DNA of 42,168 bases from an uncultured Candidatus Poseidoniales archaeon (GCA_964644485.1 CAZXVR010000001.1:1-42168), one strand, 5' to 3'. Numbered from the stretch's first letter, positions 26,940 through 35,250 are shown. The notes: generated by a model not told the origin, from the letters alone. Numbers and translations: made by a program.

Positions 26940-28736
26940 TTAACGTCCCCAAAAATGGTCATCAGCACGGTGTAGAGTCGTCAGTTCGTCGAGCACCTCT
27001 TGTTCGGCTGAGGTCAACTCAAGTTTTCGGAGCCTCCTCGCATGACTTGCTGGCACATCTACGAGAAGAATATCCTCTTCATCGATTCCTCTACCAACCG
27101 TTGCCCCTTCGATTGCAATTGCGACCTCATCGCCTTGTTTCGCTTCTTTGTGTGAATTATCTCCGATTCGAATCGACTTCACTTGACCGACTTTTGTCCC
27201 CTCGGTAGTAAGCAATCTCTGTCCGACATGAATGCGCCCACCCAATATCCTAACGCCAACCACAGCCGGCCCTGAGCGGCGGAAAATATGATCTGCGAGA
27301 ATTTTGATTTTCCCTGGGTAGACAATTTTCTCTCGCTTTTCTTCTTCCAACTCATTTTTTCGCTTTTCAGTCCAACTTTCAAATTGTTCAAGGATGTGAT
27401 AGATAATCTCCGACCCAATATGGACAACTTCACAATCTTCCTTTTCCAATTCCTCAGAAGTTTCAGTTTGCGTGCCTGTGCTGAAAGCAAGGATGACTCT
27501 GTGTAAAGGATCTGTAGCATTTTCAGCACTTCGCAAATCACGTTTGTTCACTGGACCAATTCCAGCGTTTCGAATGGGGATTGGGTTCTCTAGATTTCGA
27601 AGTTCAAACGCAAGTGCTTCAAGTCCACCCAGTGTGTCCGCTTTGATGACAATTCCTTCTTCCTCTAACTCGATGCTGATTTCAGATTCCTGATCGGCAG
27701 CATCGATCGCCTCTTGTCTCTGAGAATCTTCATCTGAAAGCACACGCAGTGTCGTTCCTGCGAGTACACCATCCAAATCGGGTGCAGCCAATTTCAATCC
27801 AGCAGCAGCTTCTACGGTTTCAATTGCATCCCAACGATCACCTGCGTCCCGCATTTCGGCCATGCCACGGGGCCTAAACAATCCTCGAACTTTGGTAACC
27901 TTGGAACCTTGTTCCGTGGCGATGACGATTTCATCACCTTTTGACACCTGCCCACGATAGAGAATCACGTCCAATGTTTTCCCTAGGCCCCGTTCTTCTT
28001 TCATCTCAAGCACGGTTCCTTCGGATGCGCCTTCAACATCAGACAGTTGTTCGTCCAGAAATTTCTCTGCCAAACCAATGGTAATTGCAAGCAAATCCTG
28101 CATGCCCTCTCCTTCTTTGGCGGAACAAGGGACCATGGCGATGTTTTGTGTGTAATCAGAAATTTTGTTGTACATGTCTAGATTGAACCCCTGCTCTCCA
28201 AATTGTCCTACAAGGTGCCAAAATTTCTGTTCGAACAAGCCTTGAGCGTGCGCGTCCTGATCTTTCATCGATTCTGCTGCAGAACGCCCCTCAACACATC
28301 TCCAGCCATGGATTCTGTCTACCTTGTTGGCACACACAACGAATGGAGTTTTGGCGTTTTTCAAGATTCGAATCGATTCGAGTGTCTGTGGTTGACACCC
28401 TTCCATCAAATCGATGACAAGGATTGCAATATCAGCTAGGGACCCCCCTCGTGTCCTTAGGGTCGAAAACGAATGATGCCCTGGTGTATCGATGAAGAGC
28501 AAGCCAGGAGACAAGAATTCCTTGCCTCCCATCAGAGGACTGCACAATTCATTCAACAATTTGGCAGGAACTTCGGTTGCCCCAATGTGTTGGGTGATTC
28601 CTCCCGCTTCTCTAGCCATCACACTTGCTTGACGATTCTGACCCAAACTGCGAATATAATCCAAAACCGAAGTCTTGCCATGATCCACGTGGCCTAAGAC
28701 AGCCACAATGGGCTGTCGGCGGCTATTTTCAGCCAT
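26940..28736 (-). CDS. infB: Translation initiation factor aIF5B (IF-2 homologue)
   Basis: QPIVAVLGHVDHGKTSVLDYIR, FIDTPGHHSF, NKVD. Length of 598 aa and position in the conserved L7Ae-S28e-L24e-ndk-infB cluster fit. Confidence 0.95.
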   Translation of the reverse strand: MAENSRRQPIVAVLGHVDHGKTSVLDYIRSLGQNRQASVMAREAGGITQHIGATEVPAKLLNELCSPLMGGKEFLSPGLLFIDTPGHHSFSTLRTRGGSLADIAILVIDLMEGCQPQTLESIRILKNAKTPFVVCANKVDRIHGWRCVEGRSAAESMKDQDAHAQGLFEQKFWHLVGQFGEQGFNLDMYNKISDYTQNIAMVPCSAKEGEGMQDLLAITIGLAEKFLDEQLSDVEGASEGTVLEMKEERGLGKTLDVILYRGQVSKGDEIVIATEQGSKVTKVRGLFRPRGMAEMRDAGDRWDAIETVEAAAGLKLAAPDLDGVLAGTTLRVLSDEDSQRQEAIDAADQESEISIELEEEGIVIKADTLGGLEALAFELRNLENPIPIRNAGIGPVNKRDLRSAENATDPLHRVILAFSTGTQTETSEELEKEDCEVVHIGSEIIYHILEQFESWTEKRKNELEEEKREKIVYPGKIKILADHIFRRSGPAVVGVRILGGRIHVGQRLLTTEGTKVGQVKSIRIGDNSHKEAKQGDEVAIAIEGATVGRGIDEEDILLVDVPASHARRLRKLELTSAEQEVLDELTTLHRADDHFWGR

Positions 28737-28747
28737 TATTCCACCCC

Positions 28748-28785
28748 ATTTTCCAATTGGAAGTTTAAACTTTCAATTGAAATCC
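28748..28785. promoter_or_regulatory. Bipartite CAATTG-core element, copy B
   Basis: CAATTG at 28754-28759 and 28774-28779, exactly 20 bp apart. The minus strand reads tCAATTGaaagtttaaacttCCAATTGGAAAATggggtgg-ATG(infB). The element fills the 49-bp ndk-infB spacer. Confidence 0.55.
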
Positions 28786-29241
28786 TCACTCGTAAACCCA
28801 GGTCTCACGAATTGGATCCCAATCATTCAATCCTTCAGGGAACCAGAGTCCAAGTTCAAAGGCTGCAGTTTCTTCTCCATCACTGCCATGAATCAGATTG
28901 TATCCAACATCCATGCCGAAGTCTCCCCGAATAGTGCCCATGTCTGCTTCACGACCGTTGGTTGCTCCGATGATATTCCGGCAAACCGATATTGCATCGA
29001 TGCCCATCCAAGCCATTGCTACAACTGGACCCGATGTTACGAATTCGACAAGGCCAGAATAGAAGGGCCTGTCCTTGTGGACAGCGTAGTGTGCTTCAAC
29101 GAGTTCGAGACTCGGGACGATTGATTTCAATCCAACCAAACGGAGCCCCTTTCGCTCAAAGCGGGAGATTATTTCACCAACCAATCCGCGCTGTACACCG
29201 TCGGGTTTCACCATTACGTAGGTCGTCTGCATGTTTGACAC
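28786..29241 (-). CDS. ndk: Nucleoside diphosphate kinase
   Basis: [34 protein letters not shown], and NLIHGSD with the catalytic His. Confidence 0.95.
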   Translation of the reverse strand: MSNMQTTYVMVKPDGVQRGLVGEIISRFERKGLRLVGLKSIVPSLELVEAHYAVHKDRPFYSGLVEFVTSGPVVAMAWMGIDAISVCRNIIGATNGREADMGTIRGDFGMDVGYNLIHGSDGEETAAFELGLWFPEGLNDWDPIRETWVYE

Positions 29242-29322
29242 CGAATCGGGCGACCCCCCTCCCCTATTTCAGGACGCCGCCGCCGTCATAGACGGCGATT
29301 TCAATCGAGAGGGCGTAGAAGG

Positions 29323-29514
29323 TTACTGGATTCCGCCCTTGACGTAGCGGCGAGTCCACTTGACCTTGCGTGGATTGCGACCCAGTTTCATGTTCTTACG
29401 TGCCTTTGAATCTTTGAACCAAAGAACAGTCCCATCCCGCTTGACATACATCACACCGGTACCGGGTTCAATCTCTTCACCTGAGAAGTTGCAAATTCGA
29501 CGTTCTACCATCAT
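29323..29514 (-). CDS. rpl24e: 50S ribosomal protein L24e
   Basis: RICNFSGEEIEPGTGVMYVKRDGTVLWFKDSKARKN is classic eL24. Confidence 0.92.
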   Translation of the reverse strand: MMVERRICNFSGEEIEPGTGVMYVKRDGTVLWFKDSKARKNMKLGRNPRKVKWTRRYVKGGIQ

Positions 29515-29520
29515 TTCACC

Positions 29521-29739
29521 TCAGCGAACATTGAGTTTTCGAGCTTCACGACCAGTATCACGAAGCATTAGAATGTCTCCAATCCTAATTGGACCGACAA
29601 CATTGCGTGTAATGATCCGACCGACGTCACGAGGGTTGGGTGCATCATTGACACGAACTTTCACCTGAGTCGCCTCCCCGGTCATACCGGTTCGTCCGAC
29701 GACCTCTACAACTTCGGCTGGCCATCCTTCTTGAGTCAT
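29521..29739 (-). CDS. rps28e: 30S ribosomal protein S28e
   Basis: [24 protein letters not shown]...[30 protein letters not shown] is classic eS28. Confidence 0.92.
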   Translation of the reverse strand: MTQEGWPAEVVEVVGRTGMTGEATQVKVRVNDAPNPRDVGRIITRNVVGPIRIGDILMLRDTGREARKLNVR

Positions 29740-29767
29740 CCTTTATTCCTCCTGGAGATTTTCAGAC

Positions 29768-30151
29768 TCAGTTTAGTGCATCGGTGTGACCTTTCACACC
29801 GTTGAAGGCATCTTCAGCGCCTTTGGCAACTTCCATCAATGCGATGGCAGCAGTCTTTGCACCACTGTTCATTCCGGCCGCTTCAGCCAAGTAGGATTGG
29901 TCTTCCACGTAGATGAAAGGGATATTCTTCTCTTTGCAGATGAGAGGGACGTGCGCCAGCAACTCTGCTGGGTTCACGTTTTCTGCCATAACAACCATCT
30001 TCGCAGTGCCGCGTTCTGCTGCTTTGGTCACCTCATTACTGCCTTTCTTCAACCGACCGTTTCCGTTGCCTACAAGCTTCACGAGTTCGTAGACACTGTC
30101 TTGGACGTCTTTCGGGGTTTCAAATGCTATGTGTACACTCATTGGATTCAC
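29768..30151 (-). CDS. rpl7ae: 50S ribosomal protein L7Ae (kink-turn binding)
   Basis: LKKGSNEVTKAAERGTAKMVVMAENVNPAELLAHVPLICKEKNIPFIYV. Confidence 0.93.
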   Translation of the reverse strand: MNPMSVHIAFETPKDVQDSVYELVKLVGNGNGRLKKGSNEVTKAAERGTAKMVVMAENVNPAELLAHVPLICKEKNIPFIYVEDQSYLAEAAGMNSGAKTAAIALMEVAKGAEDAFNGVKGHTDALN

Positions 30152-30188
30152 TCCTCATGTTTGGTAAGCCGCCGCACGGCGTGTCCCG

Positions 30189-30194
30189 TATAAA
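30189..30194 (-). promoter_or_regulatory. Candidate TATA box for the rpl7ae operon
   Basis: The minus strand reads ggaTTTATAcggg about 40 nt upstream of the rpl7ae ATG (30151). A gaggag SD-like element lies 8 nt before the ATG. Confidence 0.35.
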
Positions 30195-30238
30195 TCCAAC
30201 TGAAGATTACAAGATCTCATCTGTGGGCAATATTCGCC

Positions 30239-31135
30239 TCAATGCAGTTGTTTGCCTACACTTTCAACCCATCTGATTGGTATGGTGAAATTGTTTTGCT
30301 TGTTCTCAGGCCACGGCCTTCGACCTTCCATTCTCGCCATGTAATCTGCAACATTTACCCGCCATATGGAATCGATTTCAATCGGCGAGTTGAAGTTTGC
30401 ACAAATGATTGCATCATTCCTAGTAATGCGATACATATTTTCTTCAGTGAGATGGGTGACCTGAAATTTCCCGCTTTTACTCGTTAGATATTCAAAAACC
30501 GCTCCACTCTTATCTCTTGCATCAGCATCCTTTGAACCGACAATAATTTCATGTCCCAATTTTTCTGCAATGAGAATTTCACGGATTCGTCCTTTTAGAG
30601 TGATGTCCCCAACTCCAAAATCGGTAACGGCAATTTCCTGGGCTTTTCGCAACTCAGAAATGAACACACTTTCGCCCGAATCACTACTGACTTCAATTGC
30701 TCTACCATTCTTTTCAATCCATGAAATTCGAAAGTGGATCATAATATGTCCATTCGTTTTTTTCGTTGTTTGAAATGCCTGCCTACATTGTTCAGATATC
30801 TTTGACATTTCCACTCGCCATAATCGGGAAATAGAAAAAGGCGAATCGAATTCTGCGAAAATCCAATACTCTGTATCTTGTAGAAGGTGTTCAAATCCGA
30901 TGTCCAATTGAGCGTTCATTTCACCCCATCCTCCCAATGAGAATGTTTTGTATTCAACTTGATTTCCCTTCCCGTCAATCGCATCCTTTCCTTTCTTCCC
31001 TAGGATTAGTGTGTGTCCCATGTTCTTCGAAATTTGATATTCTCGTATGAACCCAGGTTGGAAGGGATCAACCATGTTCGAGTATTCAGCAATGGCTGCA
31101 TTGTAAGCAGCATCAATGTGTTTCTGAAATGTCAT
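30239..31135 (-). CDS. Tandem-duplicated (single-chain) PvuII-like PD-(D/E)XK nuclease
   Basis: Two homologous halves of about 150 aa. Half 1: GFIREYQISKNMGHTLILGKKGKDAIDGKGNQVEYKT ... IFAEFDSPFSISRLWRV ... FRISWIEKNG. Half 2: GRIREILIAEKLGHEIIVGSKDADARDKSGAVFEYLT ... ICANFNSPIEIDSIWRV ... FTIPIRWVESVG. Half 1 reproduces the PvuII catalytic spacing (PvuII D58-x9-E68-x-K70, NDAVDNAGQEYELK; here D51-x9-E61-Y-K63). The C-terminal NNFTIPIRWVESVGKQL resembles PvuII NNPKIPVKYVMEHGTKI. The gene is visibly more AT-rich than its neighbours. Confidence 0.6.
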   Translation of the reverse strand: MTFQKHIDAAYNAAIAEYSNMVDPFQPGFIREYQISKNMGHTLILGKKGKDAIDGKGNQVEYKTFSLGGWGEMNAQLDIGFEHLLQDTEYWIFAEFDSPFSISRLWRVEMSKISEQCRQAFQTTKKTNGHIMIHFRISWIEKNGRAIEVSSDSGESVFISELRKAQEIAVTDFGVGDITLKGRIREILIAEKLGHEIIVGSKDADARDKSGAVFEYLTSKSGKFQVTHLTEENMYRITRNDAIICANFNSPIEIDSIWRVNVADYMARMEGRRPWPENKQNNFTIPIRWVESVGKQLH

Positions 31136-31185
31136 GAAGGGGGGATTCCCTCCCCTGTAGTAAATGTTTCAATTCAAATTCACAA

Positions 31186-32151
31186 TCAGAGGACACGTTC
31201 AATCAAGGAATTGACGCCTCTAGCGATGGCCGGTGCTCCACTGACTACCGAACGTGGGTTGGGCAGAGAATCAGTTGCATGCACACCATCTACATGGTTT
31301 GAAAGTCGCGTAATTGCGCCCCCTGTGAAGAGTCCGTGGGTGCATGCAGCGTGGACTGCTTTGGCACCCTGACGGCGAAGGGCATCGCTGGCCTTGCAAA
31401 TCGTGCCACCAGTCGAAATCATGTCATCGACAATGGCCACGATTGCCCCATCAACATCCAAATCCTTGGCTTTGTGCTCAATAGTGTGCGCATCAATTCT
31501 GGTTTTTTCTAGGTAGGAGAAGTTGCAACCGATGGCGCTTGCGACATGGCTCGCTCGTTCGATGGCCCCTTTGTCCGGACTTAGTACAAAATCAGGGTTG
31601 ACCGTGTTTTGGAGGTGGATGGCAATTTCAGGCATTGAGGATACGAATTCAACTGGGACATCTAGATCTTCAAGAACAGCTGGAGCATGAAGGTCCAATA
31701 CAACCATTCCATCACACCGGCGAGTCAATAGTCTTGCCAAGAGGTTGGCTGAAACAACTTCGCCACGTTGGAAACGTTTGTCTTGTCGTGAGTATCCAAA
31801 GTAAGGGACGGCGAGGAATATACCAGGTCCAACATCATCGAGCGTTTGCTCGCCCTCCCCTTTCAGATTGCGCATATCACCTCGTCGAACATCGTGAATC
31901 GATTCCAACATCAGCAAAGCCTCTACGATACCAGAATCGGGAAATGTTGTTGCCACCAATACAACAGGCTCCCTTCGGATGGCCTCAATGCTTTCCTGGG
32001 GCACGCGAACATAACCTTCCGAGTCGGGAAATCGGCGAACTTCAAGCGGGTGGTGTTCCCATCCCAATTGGTCGGCCAAGGCTGCTGCCAATTCAGCAGC
32101 ATTGCTCCCTGAGACGACTGCCATGTGTGGTTCCCAGAGACGGCTGTTCAT
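31186..32151 (-). CDS. prs: Ribose-phosphate pyrophosphokinase (PRPP synthetase)
   Basis: VVSGSNAAELAAALADQLG, PYFGYSRQDKRF, and the PRPP-binding loop AIVDDMISTGGT. Start is ATG 32151 or 32124. The 377-aa ORF from 32319 runs through the tRNA-Ile gene and is rejected. Confidence 0.9.
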   Translation of the reverse strand: MNSRLWEPHMAVVSGSNAAELAAALADQLGWEHHPLEVRRFPDSEGYVRVPQESIEAIRREPVVLVATTFPDSGIVEALLMLESIHDVRRGDMRNLKGEGEQTLDDVGPGIFLAVPYFGYSRQDKRFQRGEVVSANLLARLLTRRCDGMVVLDLHAPAVLEDLDVPVEFVSSMPEIAIHLQNTVNPDFVLSPDKGAIERASHVASAIGCNFSYLEKTRIDAHTIEHKAKDLDVDGAIVAIVDDMISTGGTICKASDALRRQGAKAVHAACTHGLFTGGAITRLSNHVDGVHATDSLPNPRSVVSGAPAIARGVNSLIERVL

Positions 32152-32192
32152 GTTGTTTCCCGTCTGACCACGTCTTGTTTGAGCAGGAAAAG

Positions 32193-32267
32193 TGGACGAG
32201 GCAGGATTTGAACCTGCGACCTCCCGGTTATCAGCCGGGTGCTCCAGCCAACCTAAGCTACCCGTCC
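32193..32267 (-). tRNA. tRNA-Ile (anticodon GAU), CCA not encoded
   Basis: The minus strand reads ggacggg-ta-gctt-aggttggctgg-agca-cccgg-CTGATAA-ccggg-aggtc-gcagg-ttcaaat-cctgc-ctcgtcc-a, a cloverleaf with one G-U pair in the acceptor stem. Confidence 0.88.
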
Positions 32268-32315
32268 AGAGCAATCCGGCGACCGATGCCCCCGAATTAA
32301 CGATGACGGTTCCAC

Positions 32316-32903
32316 TCAATCCTCAAGAATGCCTTCGTTAATCTGAATATAACTAGGCAAGGAACGTAGTTTTTCGTATGTTCTTGAGAGTACGACTTCA
32401 TCCAACCGCGCTCTTGTGCGTGCTAGCGCGGTAACGGGGATATCGATGGTTTCACCGAGGGAATAACGACGGCGAACTGCAGATCGTAGTTTCACAGTGA
32501 TGCCTCGATATGTTCGCTTGACCTTGACCAATCCGATGACGACACCAAGTTCCATCCCATCGTCATCCAAGACAGCTCTATCAAGAAGTTCGTCCGGTGC
32601 GTAGAGTTGTTCTTCAATTCGCACCGTGTTTCTCCAACGTCTTTGTAATTCACGCATCGACTTTGAGAGTTTGACCGAACCATCATCCTGGATTGAGTGG
32701 ATCAATTCCTTCGATAGTGGTGCGTGCTCAGCCGGCTTGCGCATGTATTCCTCTGCGACATTTGGTTGCACTTGTATCCTCATCGAACGAACCCGATCTT
32801 CGTTGGGGTGGTATCTTTCCCCTACTATGGTTCCAACGAGGTTTTCACCAACGTATACTTCTCTTTGTAGAAGTTCCTGTATTCTGTAATTGTCATCTGC
32901 CAT
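32316..32903 (-). CDS. PRC-barrel domain protein (two PRC-like modules)
   Basis: LLQREVYVGENLVGTIVGERY and LLDRAVLDDDGMELGVVIGLV match the PRC-barrel pattern l.g..V.d.dG..lG.V.d. Start placed at ATG 32903 (MADDNYRIQ...). Confidence 0.6.
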   Translation of the reverse strand: MADDNYRIQELLQREVYVGENLVGTIVGERYHPNEDRVRSMRIQVQPNVAEEYMRKPAEHAPLSKELIHSIQDDGSVKLSKSMRELQRRWRNTVRIEEQLYAPDELLDRAVLDDDGMELGVVIGLVKVKRTYRGITVKLRSAVRRRYSLGETIDIPVTALARTRARLDEVVLSRTYEKLRSLPSYIQINEGILED

Positions 32904-32995
32904 TTTTTCGTCTCCTATTGCAGCATCCCATCCTGCTTGTCCACGCACGGGTCGATTGGGCTATTAAACCATCCCATTGCGAAATTAAATCAGTT

Positions 32996-33180
32996 GTTCA
33001 ATTGAAAAAGGCTGATAATCCTATAATTTTCAATTGAATATTCGATAATACGCCCAGATATGCATTTGTTCATTTTCAATTGGAAATGGCGGATAATTGT
33101 GCATTATCAGCCAATTTGAAAATTGACTTCCACAGGAGCGCAATTTCATTTCACCAATTGGTAAATACAATTCAAATTAC
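32996..33180. promoter_or_regulatory. Cluster of CAATTG-core motif copies in an AT-rich divergent intergenic region
   Basis: gttCAATTGaaaa (32999), ttttCAATTGaata (33031), ttttCAATTGGAAAT (33077), CCAATTTGAAAATTG (33111), caCCAATTGGtaaa (33155), aCAATTCaaatt (33168). There are also three GATAAT boxes, one of them in the inverted repeat gataat-tgtgc-attatc (33092-33108). Confidence 0.5.
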
Positions 33181-33223
33181 CCCAATATTCTGGGCGGATT
33201 GAAGTTTGTTCCGGCGAACATTG

Positions 33224-34759
33224 ATGGATACCCTTCCTTTCGAATCGAACATGCTGGAGCATCTTTTGGGGATTCGAGACCTCACGAATGGTTCTTCAGC
33301 TCAAACCACTGGGTTATCCGATGACGTAATCAAACGCTTTCTGTTCAAGACTGACGACGGCGAACCTTCCAAATTGATGCATGCGATTGCGGAAGCAGTA
33401 ATCTCCTTCGATCGCCTGGTCGCAGAATTTGGCATTGAGTATCTGGCTCAAGACGAAGCAACACTTGTCTCTTCTGTCCAAGCTGATTTGATTAATTTTT
33501 ATTCACCAGCAACCATCAACCCCTACGTGGCCATTGCAGCCCGTGGGCCGTGGATTATCACATCAAAGGGAGCCGTACTTCACGACAATGGAGGGTATGG
33601 TATGTTAGGGAGTGGACATGGTCCAGATGCAATCATTGAATCGATGTCCGAGAATTGGGTAATGGCAAATGTCATGACTCCCTCATTCAGCCAGAAACGC
33701 CTAACCGATCGCCTCCGCTCTGAATTGGGTCATACGCGTGGAGATTGTCCATTTACTCGTTTCATTTGTATGAACAGTGGTTCTGAATCAGTGACTGTCG
33801 GTTTGCGAATTGCAGATGTAAATGCAAACAAGCAGACTGGCCCAGGCGGTAGATACGATGGTAAACCAATCAAACTTCTCGCCATTGAACAAGCATTCCA
33901 CGGCCGAACCGATCGCCCGGCCCAAATCTCTCATTCCTGCAAAGATGGTTATGACCAAAATTTAGCCACATTCCGTGATCGCGACAATTTGTTGTTGGTC
34001 CCACCGAATGATGTCCAATCTCTTGAGGCCGCTTTCGCTAAAGCCGAACAAGAGGGTTTCTTCATTGAGATGATGGCAATTGAACCCGTTCAGGGTGAAG
34101 GCAATCCTGGCCAATGTGTAACCAGGGAATTCTATGACACCGCTCGTCGTTTGACTCTTGAGCATGGCAGCCTGCTTCTCGTGGATTCTATTCAAGCTGG
34201 TTTGCGCGGCCAAGGGACCCTTTCAATCATCGATTATCCGGGATTTGAGGACTGTGATGTCCCCGACATGGAAACTTGGTCTAAGGCGCTCAACGCGGGT
34301 CAATATCCATTGTCTGTTCTGGGTATGGGTCCTCGGGCTGCCGAACTCTACGTCGTTGGCATATATGGCAATACAATGACGACGAACCCCAGAGCTCTTG
34401 AAACCGCGATTGCAGTTCTTGATCGTGTTACTCCTGAGTTGAGGAAAAACATCCGAGATCGGGGGGAGGAATTGGTCGAGAAGTTGGAGCTACTAGCAAC
34501 TGAATTACCGGATGTCATCATCAAGGTTCAGGGCACTGGTCTGCTATGCTGTGCGGAATTGAATCCAGATACGCACCCCGTTGTTGGTTTTGGTCAGGTT
34601 GAGGAAATGTGTCGAAAGAATGGGCTTGGCATCATTCATGGAGGCCAAAACGCCCTGAGGTTCACTCCTCATTTTGAGATTACATCGGAAGAGATTGATT
34701 TGGTCGTTGACCTTGTTCGAAAAACCCTCAACCAACACACTGCAAGCAGTTCTGAGTGA
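33224..34759 (+). CDS. Class-III (omega-type) PLP-dependent aminotransferase, divergent
   Basis: MNSGSESVTVGLRIA, AFHGRTDR, EPVQGEGN, LLLVDSIQAGLRGQG (in place of the DE[VI]QTGxGRTG motif), SKALNAGQYPLS (candidate PLP Lys), GNTMTTNPRA. The N-terminal extension is about 100 aa. Start is ATG 33224 or TTG 33206. Confidence 0.8.
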   Translation: MDTLPFESNMLEHLLGIRDLTNGSSAQTTGLSDDVIKRFLFKTDDGEPSKLMHAIAEAVISFDRLVAEFGIEYLAQDEATLVSSVQADLINFYSPATINPYVAIAARGPWIITSKGAVLHDNGGYGMLGSGHGPDAIIESMSENWVMANVMTPSFSQKRLTDRLRSELGHTRGDCPFTRFICMNSGSESVTVGLRIADVNANKQTGPGGRYDGKPIKLLAIEQAFHGRTDRPAQISHSCKDGYDQNLATFRDRDNLLLVPPNDVQSLEAAFAKAEQEGFFIEMMAIEPVQGEGNPGQCVTREFYDTARRLTLEHGSLLLVDSIQAGLRGQGTLSIIDYPGFEDCDVPDMETWSKALNAGQYPLSVLGMGPRAAELYVVGIYGNTMTTNPRALETAIAVLDRVTPELRKNIRDRGEELVEKLELLATELPDVIIKVQGTGLLCCAELNPDTHPVVGFGQVEEMCRKNGLGIIHGGQNALRFTPHFEITSEEIDLVVDLVRKTLNQHTASSSE

Positions 34760-35250
34760 GTGGATGTGTATCGGTGTCCGAATCATTAGAGATTGAATTC
34801 ATTGATGTATATTCACCCAGTGGAAACGGTCCAATCAACCGTTGGATTTCTGCAGTAATGATTGATGAAGAACCAGAAACTGATGATGCGATATACCATT
34901 GGGTACACATTCGCGATGCGGAGGTTGCACAAAGAATTCTCAAAGAGAACAACGTGAGTGGGACATTCCAATTGTGCGGTCGGCGTGCTTGGACTCAGAA
35001 AATGGTTGTAGATGAAATCAAGGGTCTTTGGTCTCGATTTCAAAATGCCGTAGGGCATTCACATACGATCGAATCATTGAGTGAAGTCCCATCTCCTGCT
35101 GCTGTCCGATACAGTGGTGAACGGAGGCGTCCAAATTTAGGACCATTGCACGACGCTCTAGTATCCTGTGGGGCCGATGGTTGGCGTCCGATGACGGCCA
35201 TGCGGGTTGGCTTGATGGAGTGTATTGCTCACTCAACCGAACAGGTCTGA
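34756..35250 (+). CDS. Hypothetical protein (164 aa)
   Basis: The GTG start overlaps the aminotransferase stop (GTGA), which suggests coupling. No recognisable motif. The 3' end overlaps the convergent dys gene by 18 nt. Confidence 0.4.
   Translation: MSGCVSVSESLEIEFIDVYSPSGNGPINRWISAVMIDEEPETDDAIYHWVHIRDAEVAQRILKENNVSGTFQLCGRRAWTQKMVVDEIKGLWSRFQNAVGHSHTIESLSEVPSPAAVRYSGERRRPNLGPLHDALVSCGADGWRPMTAMRVGLMECIAHSTEQV

Noticed and set aside
30239-31135. Idea that the PvuII-like nuclease targets CAATTG (the recurrent motif) or CAGCTG
   Set aside because: CAATTG is abundant and CAGCTG occurs in the window (for example at 625-630), so neither site is avoided. Specificity cannot be inferred from sequence alone, and no link between the nuclease and the motif is supported.
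31136-31160. G/C-rich imperfect inverted repeat aaggggggattccctcccct between prs and the nuclease gene, as a possible terminator
   Set aside because: On the transcribed (minus) strand the stem contains an A-C mismatch. The G-run is better explained as an SD-like ggggaggg 10-15 nt upstream of the nuclease ATG.
32152-32319. N-terminal extension of the prs ORF (377-aa version)
   Set aside because: The extension is the antisense-free read-through of the tRNA-Ile gene (32193-32267). PRPP synthetase homology begins at MAVVSGSN.
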